A stretch of DNA of 64,000 nucleotides from an uncultured Acidobacteriota bacterium. Lineage in GTDB: Bacteria; Acidobacteriota; Thermoanaerobaculia; UBA5066. Every line of letters begins with the position of its first letter. Position 1 is the first letter of the stretch. The notes under the pieces were generated by a model. That model was not told the origin of the DNA, ran no database searches, and saw nothing but the letters and a program-made list of their open reading frames with translations. Positions 26,815-35,391 of this stretch are shown piece after piece. Location: assembly GCA_963779415.1 (NCBI GenBank), contig CAVZYA010000001.1:516519-580518 (forward strand), written 5' to 3'. The translations under genes were made by a program, and so were the position numbers.

Positions 26815-28335
26815 TCAAGCCTCCGTTCTTTGAATCCGGGCGACGGGGATGAGGACGGTGAAAGTCGTCCCTTCTCCCACCGCGCTCTCGACCGAGATCT
26901 TCCCGCCGTGCTTCTCGACGATCGACTGCACCACGGTGAGGCCGAGCCCGGTCCCCTTGCCGGCTTCCTTCGTGGTGAAGAAGGGCTCGAAGATCTTTCC
27001 GAGATTCTCGGCGCTGATCCCCACTCCCGTGTCGCTCACGTCGACGCGGACCATCGACTCGCCTTCCGGGCGCGCCCGGATGCCGAGCACGCCCCCCTTC
27101 GGCATGGCGTGAATTCCGTTGAGGCAGAGGTTGAGGAAGACCTGCTGGAGGTTGCGCGGGTTGCCGAGGACGGGAGGGAGGTTCCCGTCGGTCTCCAGCC
27201 GGGGCTCCACCCGGGCCAGGCTCAGCTCGTTGCCGATCAGCTTGAGGGTCGATTCGAGGATCCCCGCGATGGCCACCTGCGTGAAGGCGGGCTGGTCCTT
27301 GCGGGTGAAGTCGAGAAGCTGGCGGACGGTCGCGCTCGCCCGCTCCACCTGCGTGGAGATCTGGTCGAGCATCCGGAGCTTTTCGTCCTCCGAAAAGCTC
27401 GCGAAGTCGTCGAGAAGGGTCTCGGTCGTCAGGCTGATGTTGTTGAGCGGGTTGTTCAGCTCGTGGGCGATGCCCGACGTGAGCGACCCCACGGCGGCCA
27501 TCCGCTCCGAATGGACGAGACGCTCCTGATGGGCCTTGAGCTCGTGAAGCGTGCGGTTCATCGCCATGGCGAGGTTCGAGAACTCGTCGCGATACTTGCG
27601 AACCGGCGTGATCGGGGAATAGTCCCCCGTTCCGATCCGCTCCATGTACCTCATGAAGCGCCCGAGCGGCTGAAGGACCGTCCGGGCGAGAAAAGCGGCC
27701 ACGAGGACCATCGTGAGAACCATGAAGACGAGAAAGCCGACGGCGGAGACCAGGGCGGTGTTCAGCGCGGCGTGCACCGCCAGGCGCTCCTGGTCGAGCG
27801 TCTCCTCGGCATCCAGCACGATCTGGGCGCCGTGCTGCCGGAGAAGGGTTTGGATACTCAGGCGTTCCTCCGCCGGCCGGTCTGCCGGCGCCTGCGTGAG
27901 GTGCAGGAGTCGTTCCAGGCTCGTCTCGTACAGCGTCAGACTCGCGCGCATGGCGGCGAGCTTCTTCGCGCCGAGGACCGACTCCAGCTCCTGCCGGTTG
28001 CGCTCGAGATAGGCGTCCGCCAGGTGGACGCTGCTCAACGCGTCGTCGAGGTTCGTGCCATAGAGAAAGAAGTTCTTCTCGTACCGGCGCGCCTGCTGGA
28101 TCTCGAACTCGTAGCCGGCCGCCCGCTCGAGAAATCCCTGCTTCACCTTGAGGTTCGAGATGAGCACCACGGCCATCACCGTGATGGCGGCGAGAAGAAG
28201 GAACAGGGCGCCGAAAGCCGCCGCGATGCGCGCCGCCACGCTGAACCGCGGACGTTGAAAAAGCGCACGCTGCGCCTCGACCTCCGCTCCTTCTCCCGCG
28301 ACCTTCGGTCGGGGCATGGACTCCGGAGAGGTCAT
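26815..28335 (-). CDS. Sensor histidine kinase (TM, periplasmic region, HAMP, HisKA, HATPase)
   Basis: H-box SLTSGIAHELNNPLNNI, an N/G boxes region DTGVGI..GTGLGL, and two TM segments. Confidence 0.9.
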   Translation of the reverse strand: MTSPESMPRPKVAGEGAEVEAQRALFQRPRFSVAARIAAAFGALFLLLAAITVMAVVLISNLKVKQGFLERAAGYEFEIQQARRYEKNFFLYGTNLDDALSSVHLADAYLERNRQELESVLGAKKLAAMRASLTLYETSLERLLHLTQAPADRPAEERLSIQTLLRQHGAQIVLDAEETLDQERLAVHAALNTALVSAVGFLVFMVLTMVLVAAFLARTVLQPLGRFMRYMERIGTGDYSPITPVRKYRDEFSNLAMAMNRTLHELKAHQERLVHSERMAAVGSLTSGIAHELNNPLNNISLTTETLLDDFASFSEDEKLRMLDQISTQVERASATVRQLLDFTRKDQPAFTQVAIAGILESTLKLIGNELSLARVEPRLETDGNLPPVLGNPRNLQQVFLNLCLNGIHAMPKGGVLGIRARPEGESMVRVDVSDTGVGISAENLGKIFEPFFTTKEAGKGTGLGLTVVQSIVEKHGGKISVESAVGEGTTFTVLIPVARIQRTEA

Positions 28336-28527
28336 GCGCGGAAGACCTCCGGGAGACGGAAGACGGGCGCGACCCGGGCCCAGAACACGTTTTCAGATCG
28401 TGGCACCGTTTCATGCGGACGTCCACCGTCTCCCGCGTCGGAGGGTTCCAAAAAGCCGGTACGCCACGACTTCGTGGAAGACGGGACGACGCCCGCTCCT
28501 GATCTATCATCGGGTCCGGTGACCACG

Positions 28528-29376
28528 ATGGTGCTGCAGGCCGTCGCGTCGGGAGTGGCGCTCGGTCTGATCTATGCCGGCGTCGGGGCCGGTCTCTCCC
28601 TGATCCTCGCGACCGGTCGGCTGACGAACCTCGCGCACGGAGAGTTCGTCCTCGCCGGCGGCTACATCCTTTACGCCCTCTGCCATGGTATCGGGTGGCC
28701 CTGGCCGGCCGCTCTCGCCGTGGCGGCTCTCGGCGGCGCCCTCCTGGGCGGGGCTCTTCCCCCCTTCGTCCGACGGCTTCCAAGGCGGGAGGTGGACGGT
28801 CTCGCTTTTACCCTCGGCGTGGCTTTCATCCTCCAGAACCTCCTTCTTCTCGGGGCCACCGCGACGTACCGTGTGATTCCCGGAGGTTACTGGCTCCGGA
28901 CAGTCCCCTTCGGGCCGGTGATTCTGAGCCGGGTCTCTCTCGCGGCCGCGGGGGCGGCCGCGGCCGCACTCGTCGGACTCGACCTCTGGCTCCGCTTCAG
29001 CTGGACCGGATCGGGCCTCCGGGCCGTCAGTCAGTCCCGGCCGGCGGCCGCCAGTCTCGGGATCTCCCCCGCCCGGATGGAGCGGATTGCCTTTCTCGCC
29101 GGTGGCGCGACCGCGGCGGCTGCCGGAGGACTTGTTCTTCTGACCCGATTCCTGACGCCGGGAGAAGGTCCCGCCTGGACGCTCGTGGCTCTTGCGGTCG
29201 CTTTCCTCGGCGGCCGGCCGGCCGCAGGGGCGCTCATGGCGGCCGGAGTCGGGCTCGGCGTCGCGGAGTCCCTCGCCACGGTTCTCGCGGGAGGAGCGTG
29301 GCGGGAGGTCGTGGTGAGCGCGTCGGTCCTCCTCTGGCTTCTCGTCCGCGGGAGAACTCTCCTCACCGATGCGTGA
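28528..29376 (+). CDS. Branched-chain amino acid ABC transporter permease (LivH-like)
   Basis: From ORF 26830..29376. The start is ATG 28528, or GTG 28519. N-terminus MVLQAVASGVALGLIYAGVGAGLSLILATGRLTNLAHGEF. Confidence 0.85.
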   Translation: MVLQAVASGVALGLIYAGVGAGLSLILATGRLTNLAHGEFVLAGGYILYALCHGIGWPWPAALAVAALGGALLGGALPPFVRRLPRREVDGLAFTLGVAFILQNLLLLGATATYRVIPGGYWLRTVPFGPVILSRVSLAAAGAAAAALVGLDLWLRFSWTGSGLRAVSQSRPAAASLGISPARMERIAFLAGGATAAAAGGLVLLTRFLTPGEGPAWTLVALAVAFLGGRPAAGALMAAGVGLGVAESLATVLAGGAWREVVVSASVLLWLLVRGRTLLTDA

Positions 29377-30991
29377 GGGGACGCGCTTCTTCGTCCTCTG
29401 GGCGGTCGTTTTCTCGGCCGCAGGCATCGTCGCCGCGTCGACGGGCCGGTACGGCCTCAACGTCGTCGCCTTCGGATTCCTCTACGCCGTTCTCGCCACG
29501 AGCTGGAGCTGGCTGCGGGCGGCTGGGCTTCTTTCGCTCGGGCAGGCGGCCTTCTTCGGGGCCGGAGCGCTGACGCAGGCCTGGCTGGTCACTGCGGAAC
29601 GGATCTCCCCGTGGCTCGCCCTCTGCGCGAGTGCCGCCGCCGGCGCTCTCGCCGCGCTCCCCCTGATCCCGGCTCTTCGCCTGAGGCCGGCAAGCTTCGG
29701 CCTCGCGACACTCTCCTATGCCCTTCTCCTGAGGGGTCTCGCGGGGGGCGTCCTCGCTTTCGGCATGGAGGGATTCCTTCTTCCGAAGGTGCCGGGCTTC
29801 GAGGGGGCGGCGCCCGCGGCCGTGGCGACGCTTGGAGTGCTGGCCCTCGCCTCGAGCCTCGGTTACGAGGCGTTCCTCCGGCGGCCGGGGGGCCGGGCCG
29901 CGGCCGCCATCCGCCAGTCCCCGGCGACGACCTCGAGCCTCGGCATCGACCTCGTCGGAGAGCGCTGGCGTCCGCTGGTCCTGAGCGCCGCCGCCACCGG
30001 ACTCTCGGGAGCCCTTTACGCACACTTGACCGGGAGCGTCGAGACGGCCGTCGTCTTCTCACCCACCTTCTCGATTCTGCCGCTCGTTTTCGGAATGCTC
30101 GGGGGCGCCCTCCACCCGCTGGGAGGAATCCTCGGAACGCTCCTCCTCTACCCGTTCGACGAAATGCTCCTCAGGCAAGCCCTCCCCCAGGCTCATCTGC
30201 TGGCCTACGGGCTCATTCTCTGCGGTCTGTTGATGGTGAGGCCCGAGGGGATCCTCCGACAGAGGGTTCCGGCGGTCCCGCCGCAGACGACACCGAGGCG
30301 CCGACGACAGGAGCCCTTCGCTCTGGCCGTCCAGGACGTGACCGTCCGCCGCGGAGGGATCCCCGTCCTCAGGAACGTCAGCTTCACGGTCGAGCCGGGA
30401 GAGATCCTCCGGGTGGTCGGGTCCAACGGGGCCGGCAAGACCTCGCTGCTGCTGGCCATCGCTGGAGGAATTCCGATCGCAAGAGGAGCCATCCTCTTCG
30501 GCGGAGCGCCGTCTCCCCGGGGTGCCGCCGCACGGGCGCGGCGCGGCGTGGGCCGGTCGTTCCAGGCTCCCCGCCCCTTTCCGGAGTGGACGGTTCGAGA
30601 GAACGTGGCGCTCGCCGCCGAGCGAGGCGGAACCCGGGTCGACGTGGACCGCCTCCTCTCGGAGCTTCGGCTCGCCGCCCTGGAGGACCGCCCCGCCGGC
30701 CAGTTGAGCCTCGGAGAGGGAAAGCGACTGGAATTCGCGAGGGTTCTCGCGGCGGATCCGGCGCTCCTCCTCCTCGACGAGCCCCTGGCGGGCCTCAGTC
30801 CCGAGGCGGCCGAGCACGTCTCGGGCCTCATCGATCGGGCGCGGCGGCAGGGCGCCGCCGTCGTCTGGGTCGAGCACGGTCCGGCCGCGGGGAAGCTCGC
30901 GGACCGCCTTATCGTCCTCGAGAGGGGGCAGATCCGATTCCGCGGATCGGTCGCGGAATGGGAAGCCGCACGTCTGGAGCCTTCGTCGTGA
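29369..30991 (+). CDS. Fused LivM-like permease / LivG-like ABC ATPase
   Basis: One 540-aa ORF. The N-terminal ~300 aa are polytopic (..LSLGQAAFFGAGA..), followed by GEILRVVGSNGAGKTSLL, LSLGEGKRL and LLLLDEPLAGL. Confidence 0.85.
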   Translation: MREGTRFFVLWAVVFSAAGIVAASTGRYGLNVVAFGFLYAVLATSWSWLRAAGLLSLGQAAFFGAGALTQAWLVTAERISPWLALCASAAAGALAALPLIPALRLRPASFGLATLSYALLLRGLAGGVLAFGMEGFLLPKVPGFEGAAPAAVATLGVLALASSLGYEAFLRRPGGRAAAAIRQSPATTSSLGIDLVGERWRPLVLSAAATGLSGALYAHLTGSVETAVVFSPTFSILPLVFGMLGGALHPLGGILGTLLLYPFDEMLLRQALPQAHLLAYGLILCGLLMVRPEGILRQRVPAVPPQTTPRRRRQEPFALAVQDVTVRRGGIPVLRNVSFTVEPGEILRVVGSNGAGKTSLLLAIAGGIPIARGAILFGGAPSPRGAAARARRGVGRSFQAPRPFPEWTVRENVALAAERGGTRVDVDRLLSELRLAALEDRPAGQLSLGEGKRLEFARVLAADPALLLLDEPLAGLSPEAAEHVSGLIDRARRQGAAVVWVEHGPAAGKLADRLIVLERGQIRFRGSVAEWEAARLEPSS

Positions 30992-31692
30992 ACGCCCGCC
31001 TCGAGACGCGCGAGCTCACCGGCGGCTACCCCGGGGTGAGCGTTTTCTCGGATGTCGGGCTCTCCGTCGAACCCGGCGAGGTCCTGACGATCCTGGGGGC
31101 CAACGGATCCGGGAAGTCCGCGCTTCTCGAGACGCTCCAGGGCCTCCTTCACCCCCGCCACGGGGCCATTCTTCTGGACGGCGAGCCGGTGCAGGATCTT
31201 CCGCCCGAGGTCCGCGCCGCACGCGGAATGAGCCTCGTCTCGGATCGTCGCCGTCTCTGGAAGGAGATGACCGTCCGGGAGCATCTGCGGGTCGGCGCAT
31301 ACCGCCGGGCCGCGCGGGGCGGCTGGCGACGCCGTGAAGCATTCTTCCGGAATCTCTTCCCGGCTCTTTCCGGGAAACGCGGGGCGCGACCGGGGCAGCT
31401 GAGCAGCGGTCTCCAGCAGCAGCTCGCGCTGGCCCGATTCGGAATGTCGTCCCCGCGCGTCTGGCTCCTCGACGATCCTCTCCGGGGCCTCGACGAGTCG
31501 GCGTCGAGGCGCGCGCTCGAATGGATACGGGATTCGGCCGGCGGCGGCGCCGCCGTCGTCCTGACGGGCCAGAACGTTCCGGCGCTCCTCGGCGTCGCCA
31601 CGAAGGCGATGCTGCTCGAAGAGAGCCGCCTCTCCCCGATCCCCTCCGGTGCCGACGGCCTGCGGGACCCGCGGGTGCGCCGGCTGCTCTGA
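30988..31692 (+). CDS. ABC transporter ATP-binding protein (LivF-like)
   Basis: GTG 30988 overlaps the upstream stop (GTGA). Motifs GEVLTILGANGSGKSALL, LSSGLQQQL and WLLDDPLRGLD. Confidence 0.85.
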   Translation: MNARLETRELTGGYPGVSVFSDVGLSVEPGEVLTILGANGSGKSALLETLQGLLHPRHGAILLDGEPVQDLPPEVRAARGMSLVSDRRRLWKEMTVREHLRVGAYRRAARGGWRRREAFFRNLFPALSGKRGARPGQLSSGLQQQLALARFGMSSPRVWLLDDPLRGLDESASRRALEWIRDSAGGGAAVVLTGQNVPALLGVATKAMLLEESRLSPIPSGADGLRDPRVRRLL

Positions 31693-31729
31693 ATTCCCGG
31701 CGGAGAAGAGTCGTATAGTCGTCGCCACC

Positions 31730-32140
31730 ATGAGTGAGCCTCTCCTCAATTCAACGGCGTCCGCGCGCCTCAAGGTGGCGCCCTCCGACCTCGCCAACAC
31801 CCTGAATTTCGAGCCCGGGGACTCGTTCCCGCCGGTGTTCGCCACCTCCCGCATGGTGGCTCTGATGGAGGTGGCCGCCGCCCGGGTTCTCGGCCCCCAT
31901 CTGGCAGCGGGCGAAGTCTCCGTGGGCGTCTCCATCGATGTCGTCCACACGGCCGCCACTCCCCCGGGCGCCACGGTGACCGCCACGGCGAAGTTCGTCG
32001 GACGGGACGGAAAGCTCTTCCTCTTCGAACTCTCGGCGGCGGACGACGCGGGTGAAATCGGAAAAGGGACTCACAAACGGGCGATCGTCGCGTCGGAGAG
32101 GATCGTCGCCGGCGCGGCCAAGCGCCGAGCGCAGAGCTGA
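31730..32140 (+). CDS. Hotdog-fold thioesterase (FlK/YbgC-like)
   Basis: ORF 31649..32140 trimmed to ATG 31730. Motifs ..FATSRMVALMEVAAARVL..VGVSIDVVHTAATPPGATVTATAKFVGRDGKLFLFEL. Confidence 0.75.
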   Translation: MSEPLLNSTASARLKVAPSDLANTLNFEPGDSFPPVFATSRMVALMEVAAARVLGPHLAAGEVSVGVSIDVVHTAATPPGATVTATAKFVGRDGKLFLFELSAADDAGEIGKGTHKRAIVASERIVAGAAKRRAQS

Positions 32141-32148
32141 ACCGCCGG

Positions 32149-34179
32149 TCAGTCCGCCCTACCGAGGACGACCCGCGCATCCACGACCGTGAGCCCGCTC
32201 TCGTGAACGAGGACCGGATTCAGGTCCATCTCGTCGATCTCGGGGTGCCGCGCCACGAGGTCCGAGAGCTGCACGAGAAGGCGGCGCAGGGCCGACACGT
32301 CGGCCGGCCTCGCTCCGCGGACCCCTTTGAGCAGCTTCGCTCCCCGGGTCTCCTCGATCATCTCGGCCGCGTCTTTCTCTCCGAACGGCACGATCCGGAA
32401 GGAGACGTCCTTGAAGAGCTCCACGAGAGTCCCCCCCATGCCGAACATGACGGCATGCCCGAACTGGAGATCGCGGGTCACCCCGACGATGACCTCCGGT
32501 CCGGCCGCGGACATGGCGCTCACGAGGACTCCCCCGTCCCGCGCGCCGATTCGCTTCACGATGCCGCCGATCTCCCGGAAGGCCTTCCGGACTCCCGACT
32601 CGTCTCTCACGTTCAGGATCACTCCCCCGACGTCGCTCTTGTGCGTCACGTCGACGGAGTTCATCTTCACCGCGACGGGGTATCCGATCTCCCCCGCCGC
32701 CCGGACGGCCTCCTCCTCGTTCCCAGCCTGCCGCGAGGAAACGACCGGCAACCCCTCGCGCACGAGAAAGCTGATGGAGTCTGCCGGGGAGAGTGACCTC
32801 GCGGCGGACGACGGAGCCGATGCCACGGCCGCCGGGGCCGCCTCCACCGTCCGGGGCCAGCGGTCGCCGGCGAAGCGGACATGGCAGGAGAGCGCCTTGA
32901 CGGCGCGCTCCGGCGTCGGAAAGACGGCGATTCCCTTCTCGTGAAGGAGAAGCCGCTCGGCGCGCTCCACGTCGGCGCCGCCAAGGAACGCGACGAGGTC
33001 GTTCCGGCCCGGCTCCAGGGCCGTCGAGGCGTTTGCGATCGGATCCCCGAAGATCGTCAGAACGACGTCGTAGTGATCCCGTGACGTCGCGATGACTTTC
33101 CGGAAACAGTCGGCGTCGCCGTCGCCCGTCAGGTCGAGGGGGTTCCCGACGATGAAATGGGATGGCAGCGTCCGCCGCAGCTCCGAAGCCAGGGCCGCGG
33201 GGAGCGGGCTCACGTGGAAACCGTTGTCCGCCGCGACGTCGGTGGCGATGATGGCCGAGCCTCCGGAGCTGGTGACGATCAGCATCCGGGGGCCCGCGGG
33301 TGCGGGAACGTAGGCGAGGGCCTTGGAAAAATCGTAGAGCTCCTCGAGGGAGGCCGCGCGGTGGATCCCGTACTGCCGGAAGACCGCGTCGTAGATCTCG
33401 TCCTTCGTGGCGAGCGTCCGGGTGTGCGATTCGGCGGCCTTGCGTCCCTGATCGGTCCGGCCGGCCTTGAAGATGACGATGGGCTTGCGGCATTCCTTCA
33501 CGGCGGCCAGGAACCGTTTGGGGTCGCGTATGCCTTCGATGTAAAGGGTGATCACCTTCGTGTTCGGATCGGACGCGAAGAAGGTGATCAGGTCGGCCTC
33601 GTCCACGTCGATCCGGTTCCCCATGCTCACGAAGGCCGAAAAGCCGAGCCTCTCCTCGGCCGCCCAGTCGATCAGCGCCGCCCCGACGGTTCCGCTCTGA
33701 GACGCGATGGCCATCGCCCCTTTCCGCGTGATGAGCGGCCAGGAGGCGCAGAGGCCGTGGTGGGGGTAGTTCACTCCCTGGCAGTTCGGACCGACGACGC
33801 GGATGCCGCACCGGGTGGCGTTCTTCTTCAGCTCTTCCTGAAGGCGGGCCCCGTCCGACCCCGATTCGGCGAAACCTCCCGTGATGACGATGGCCGCCCG
33901 GACCTTCCGTTCGCCGAGCTGAAGGATCGTCTCGGGGACGGAGAGGGCCGGAACGATGACGACGGCCAGGTCCGTTCCGGACGGGATCTCCCCCACCGAC
34001 CGGACGGACGGCGTTCCGAGAATCGTCTCCCCCTTCGGATTCACGGGGGTGACGGGCCCGGCGAAGCCCGCGTCGAGGATGTTCTTCAGGATCTGGTACC
34101 CGAGCTTCCCCGGTTTCGCGGAGGCGCCGATGACGGCAAGGCCGTTCGGCCGAAAGAGAGCCTGCAGGGAGTCGTTCAT
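32149..34179 (-). CDS. ADP-forming acyl-CoA synthetase (acetate--CoA ligase family, fused alpha/beta)
   Basis: 676 aa. CoA-binding N-terminus LFRPNGLAVIGASAKPGKLGYQIL..PVNPKGETILG, and a C-terminal ATP-grasp region (..GYPVAVKMNSVDVTHKSDVGGV..). Confidence 0.9.
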   Translation of the reverse strand: MNDSLQALFRPNGLAVIGASAKPGKLGYQILKNILDAGFAGPVTPVNPKGETILGTPSVRSVGEIPSGTDLAVVIVPALSVPETILQLGERKVRAAIVITGGFAESGSDGARLQEELKKNATRCGIRVVGPNCQGVNYPHHGLCASWPLITRKGAMAIASQSGTVGAALIDWAAEERLGFSAFVSMGNRIDVDEADLITFFASDPNTKVITLYIEGIRDPKRFLAAVKECRKPIVIFKAGRTDQGRKAAESHTRTLATKDEIYDAVFRQYGIHRAASLEELYDFSKALAYVPAPAGPRMLIVTSSGGSAIIATDVAADNGFHVSPLPAALASELRRTLPSHFIVGNPLDLTGDGDADCFRKVIATSRDHYDVVLTIFGDPIANASTALEPGRNDLVAFLGGADVERAERLLLHEKGIAVFPTPERAVKALSCHVRFAGDRWPRTVEAAPAAVASAPSSAARSLSPADSISFLVREGLPVVSSRQAGNEEEAVRAAGEIGYPVAVKMNSVDVTHKSDVGGVILNVRDESGVRKAFREIGGIVKRIGARDGGVLVSAMSAAGPEVIVGVTRDLQFGHAVMFGMGGTLVELFKDVSFRIVPFGEKDAAEMIEETRGAKLLKGVRGARPADVSALRRLLVQLSDLVARHPEIDEMDLNPVLVHESGLTVVDARVVLGRAD

Positions 34180-34290
34180 GTCGCTCCTCGAGAATGCCGC
34201 GCCTCGAAGTCTATCGCGGCGGAACGTCCCTCGCCGGCTCCGTCAGCAGCCGCTCACGTCTCGTCAGGCCGTCCGAGCGCGGCGGCCGGG

Positions 34291-34968
34291 CTACGCCCCG
34301 GGGGGCGAAAGGAAGCTCTCGAGCCGATCCTCATTCAGGATGAAGTGGCCCCCCTCTCGCTTGAGAAGGCCCATCTGCCTGAACCTGTTCACCTGCGTCG
34401 TGACCGTCTCGCGGGTGGTCCCGATCAGCTTGGCCAGGTCCTCGTGGGTCAGCCGGAGGGGAATCAGCGTCCCTCCGGCCGTCCTCACGCCGTGCTCCCT
34501 CCCGACCTGGAGCAGGACTTTCCCGAGCCTTTGGTACGACCACGTGTGGCCGAAAGCCGCGTACCCCTGCTCGATCTTGACGAGCCGCTTCGACAGGAGG
34601 CGGATGAAGTTCCGGGCGACCGCTGGAAAGGCGGACAGAATCTCCTCGAGGCTCTTCCTCGGGATGACGGTGACGACGACCTCCGTCTTCGTCACGGCGT
34701 CGAAGGCCCGCTTCTCCTCCGCGAAGAGAAGCTCGCCGAAGATCTCTCCCGGCTTCAGGATGTGGAGGGTGGTCTCGCCCCCTCTGCCCGAGACCGAGAC
34801 GAGCTTCACGATGCCCTCCGCGACGATGAACATGGCGTCCGCGCGGTCTCCCTCCGAAAAAACCGGGACTCCCTTCGCATAACGCCGCTCGCCAAAAATC
34901 CGCGTGATCCGGCGCATCTCCTCGTCGGCCACTCCCCGGAACAGCTCAAGGGCCGTCGGGCGCACCAC
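34291..34968 (-). CDS. Crp/Fnr family transcriptional regulator
   Basis: cNMP-binding fold (..GDRADAMFIVAEGIVKL..GEIFGELLF..) plus a C-terminal HTH (LTHEDLAKLIGTTRETVTTQVNRF). Confidence 0.9.
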   Translation of the reverse strand: MVRPTALELFRGVADEEMRRITRIFGERRYAKGVPVFSEGDRADAMFIVAEGIVKLVSVSGRGGETTLHILKPGEIFGELLFAEEKRAFDAVTKTEVVVTVIPRKSLEEILSAFPAVARNFIRLLSKRLVKIEQGYAAFGHTWSYQRLGKVLLQVGREHGVRTAGGTLIPLRLTHEDLAKLIGTTRETVTTQVNRFRQMGLLKREGGHFILNEDRLESFLSPPGA

Positions 34969-35118
34969 AGCTCCCGAGTCTAGGGGCCCGGCTTGAGCCT
35001 TTCAACCGCCCGCCAGAAACACGAACGCCGATGACGTCCCCCCAAGAACGTCCCGGCGGTTCGTGTCTCGTCGTTCACGCCACATTGCGAGACATGTCGA
35101 ATCGGAATCTGACGGGCC

Positions 35119-35331
35119 TCAGGCCGCGCGGCGCATTTCGACGTCACGGGGGAGGAAATCGACCAGCTCCGACTCTGAAGAGGACGACTCCGTCCAGAAG
35201 AACCTCTTTCCGGCCTTTTCCTTGTCGGCGAGAGAGCCGAGAAGAATCCCTTCGACGGCGATGACGAGAAGCGCCAGGGCGGCAAGAACAACTCCCGGCC
35301 CGACGGTGAGTTCCGTAAGAATGCCTTCCAT
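35119..35331 (-). CDS. Possible small membrane protein
   Basis: 70 aa with one hydrophobic helix (GPGVVLAALALLVIAVEGILLGSL) and a GGGGGTGAG SD-like sequence upstream. Weak support. Confidence 0.35.
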   Translation of the reverse strand: MEGILTELTVGPGVVLAALALLVIAVEGILLGSLADKEKAGKRFFWTESSSSESELVDFLPRDVEMRRAA

Positions 35332-35391
35332 CTATCTCACCCCCTTTCCAACTCTCCAACCGGAATATGGTTCCCGCGATGAAAACTGTCT

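Noticed and set aside
35017-35068. An imperfect ~50-nt inverted repeat (aaacacgaacgccg ... cggcggttcgtgtct, with an inner gacgt/acgtc) between the small ORF and crp.
   Set aside because: No T-tract follows it on either strand, so I do not call it a terminator. It may be an operator or RNA structure, but I have no further support.
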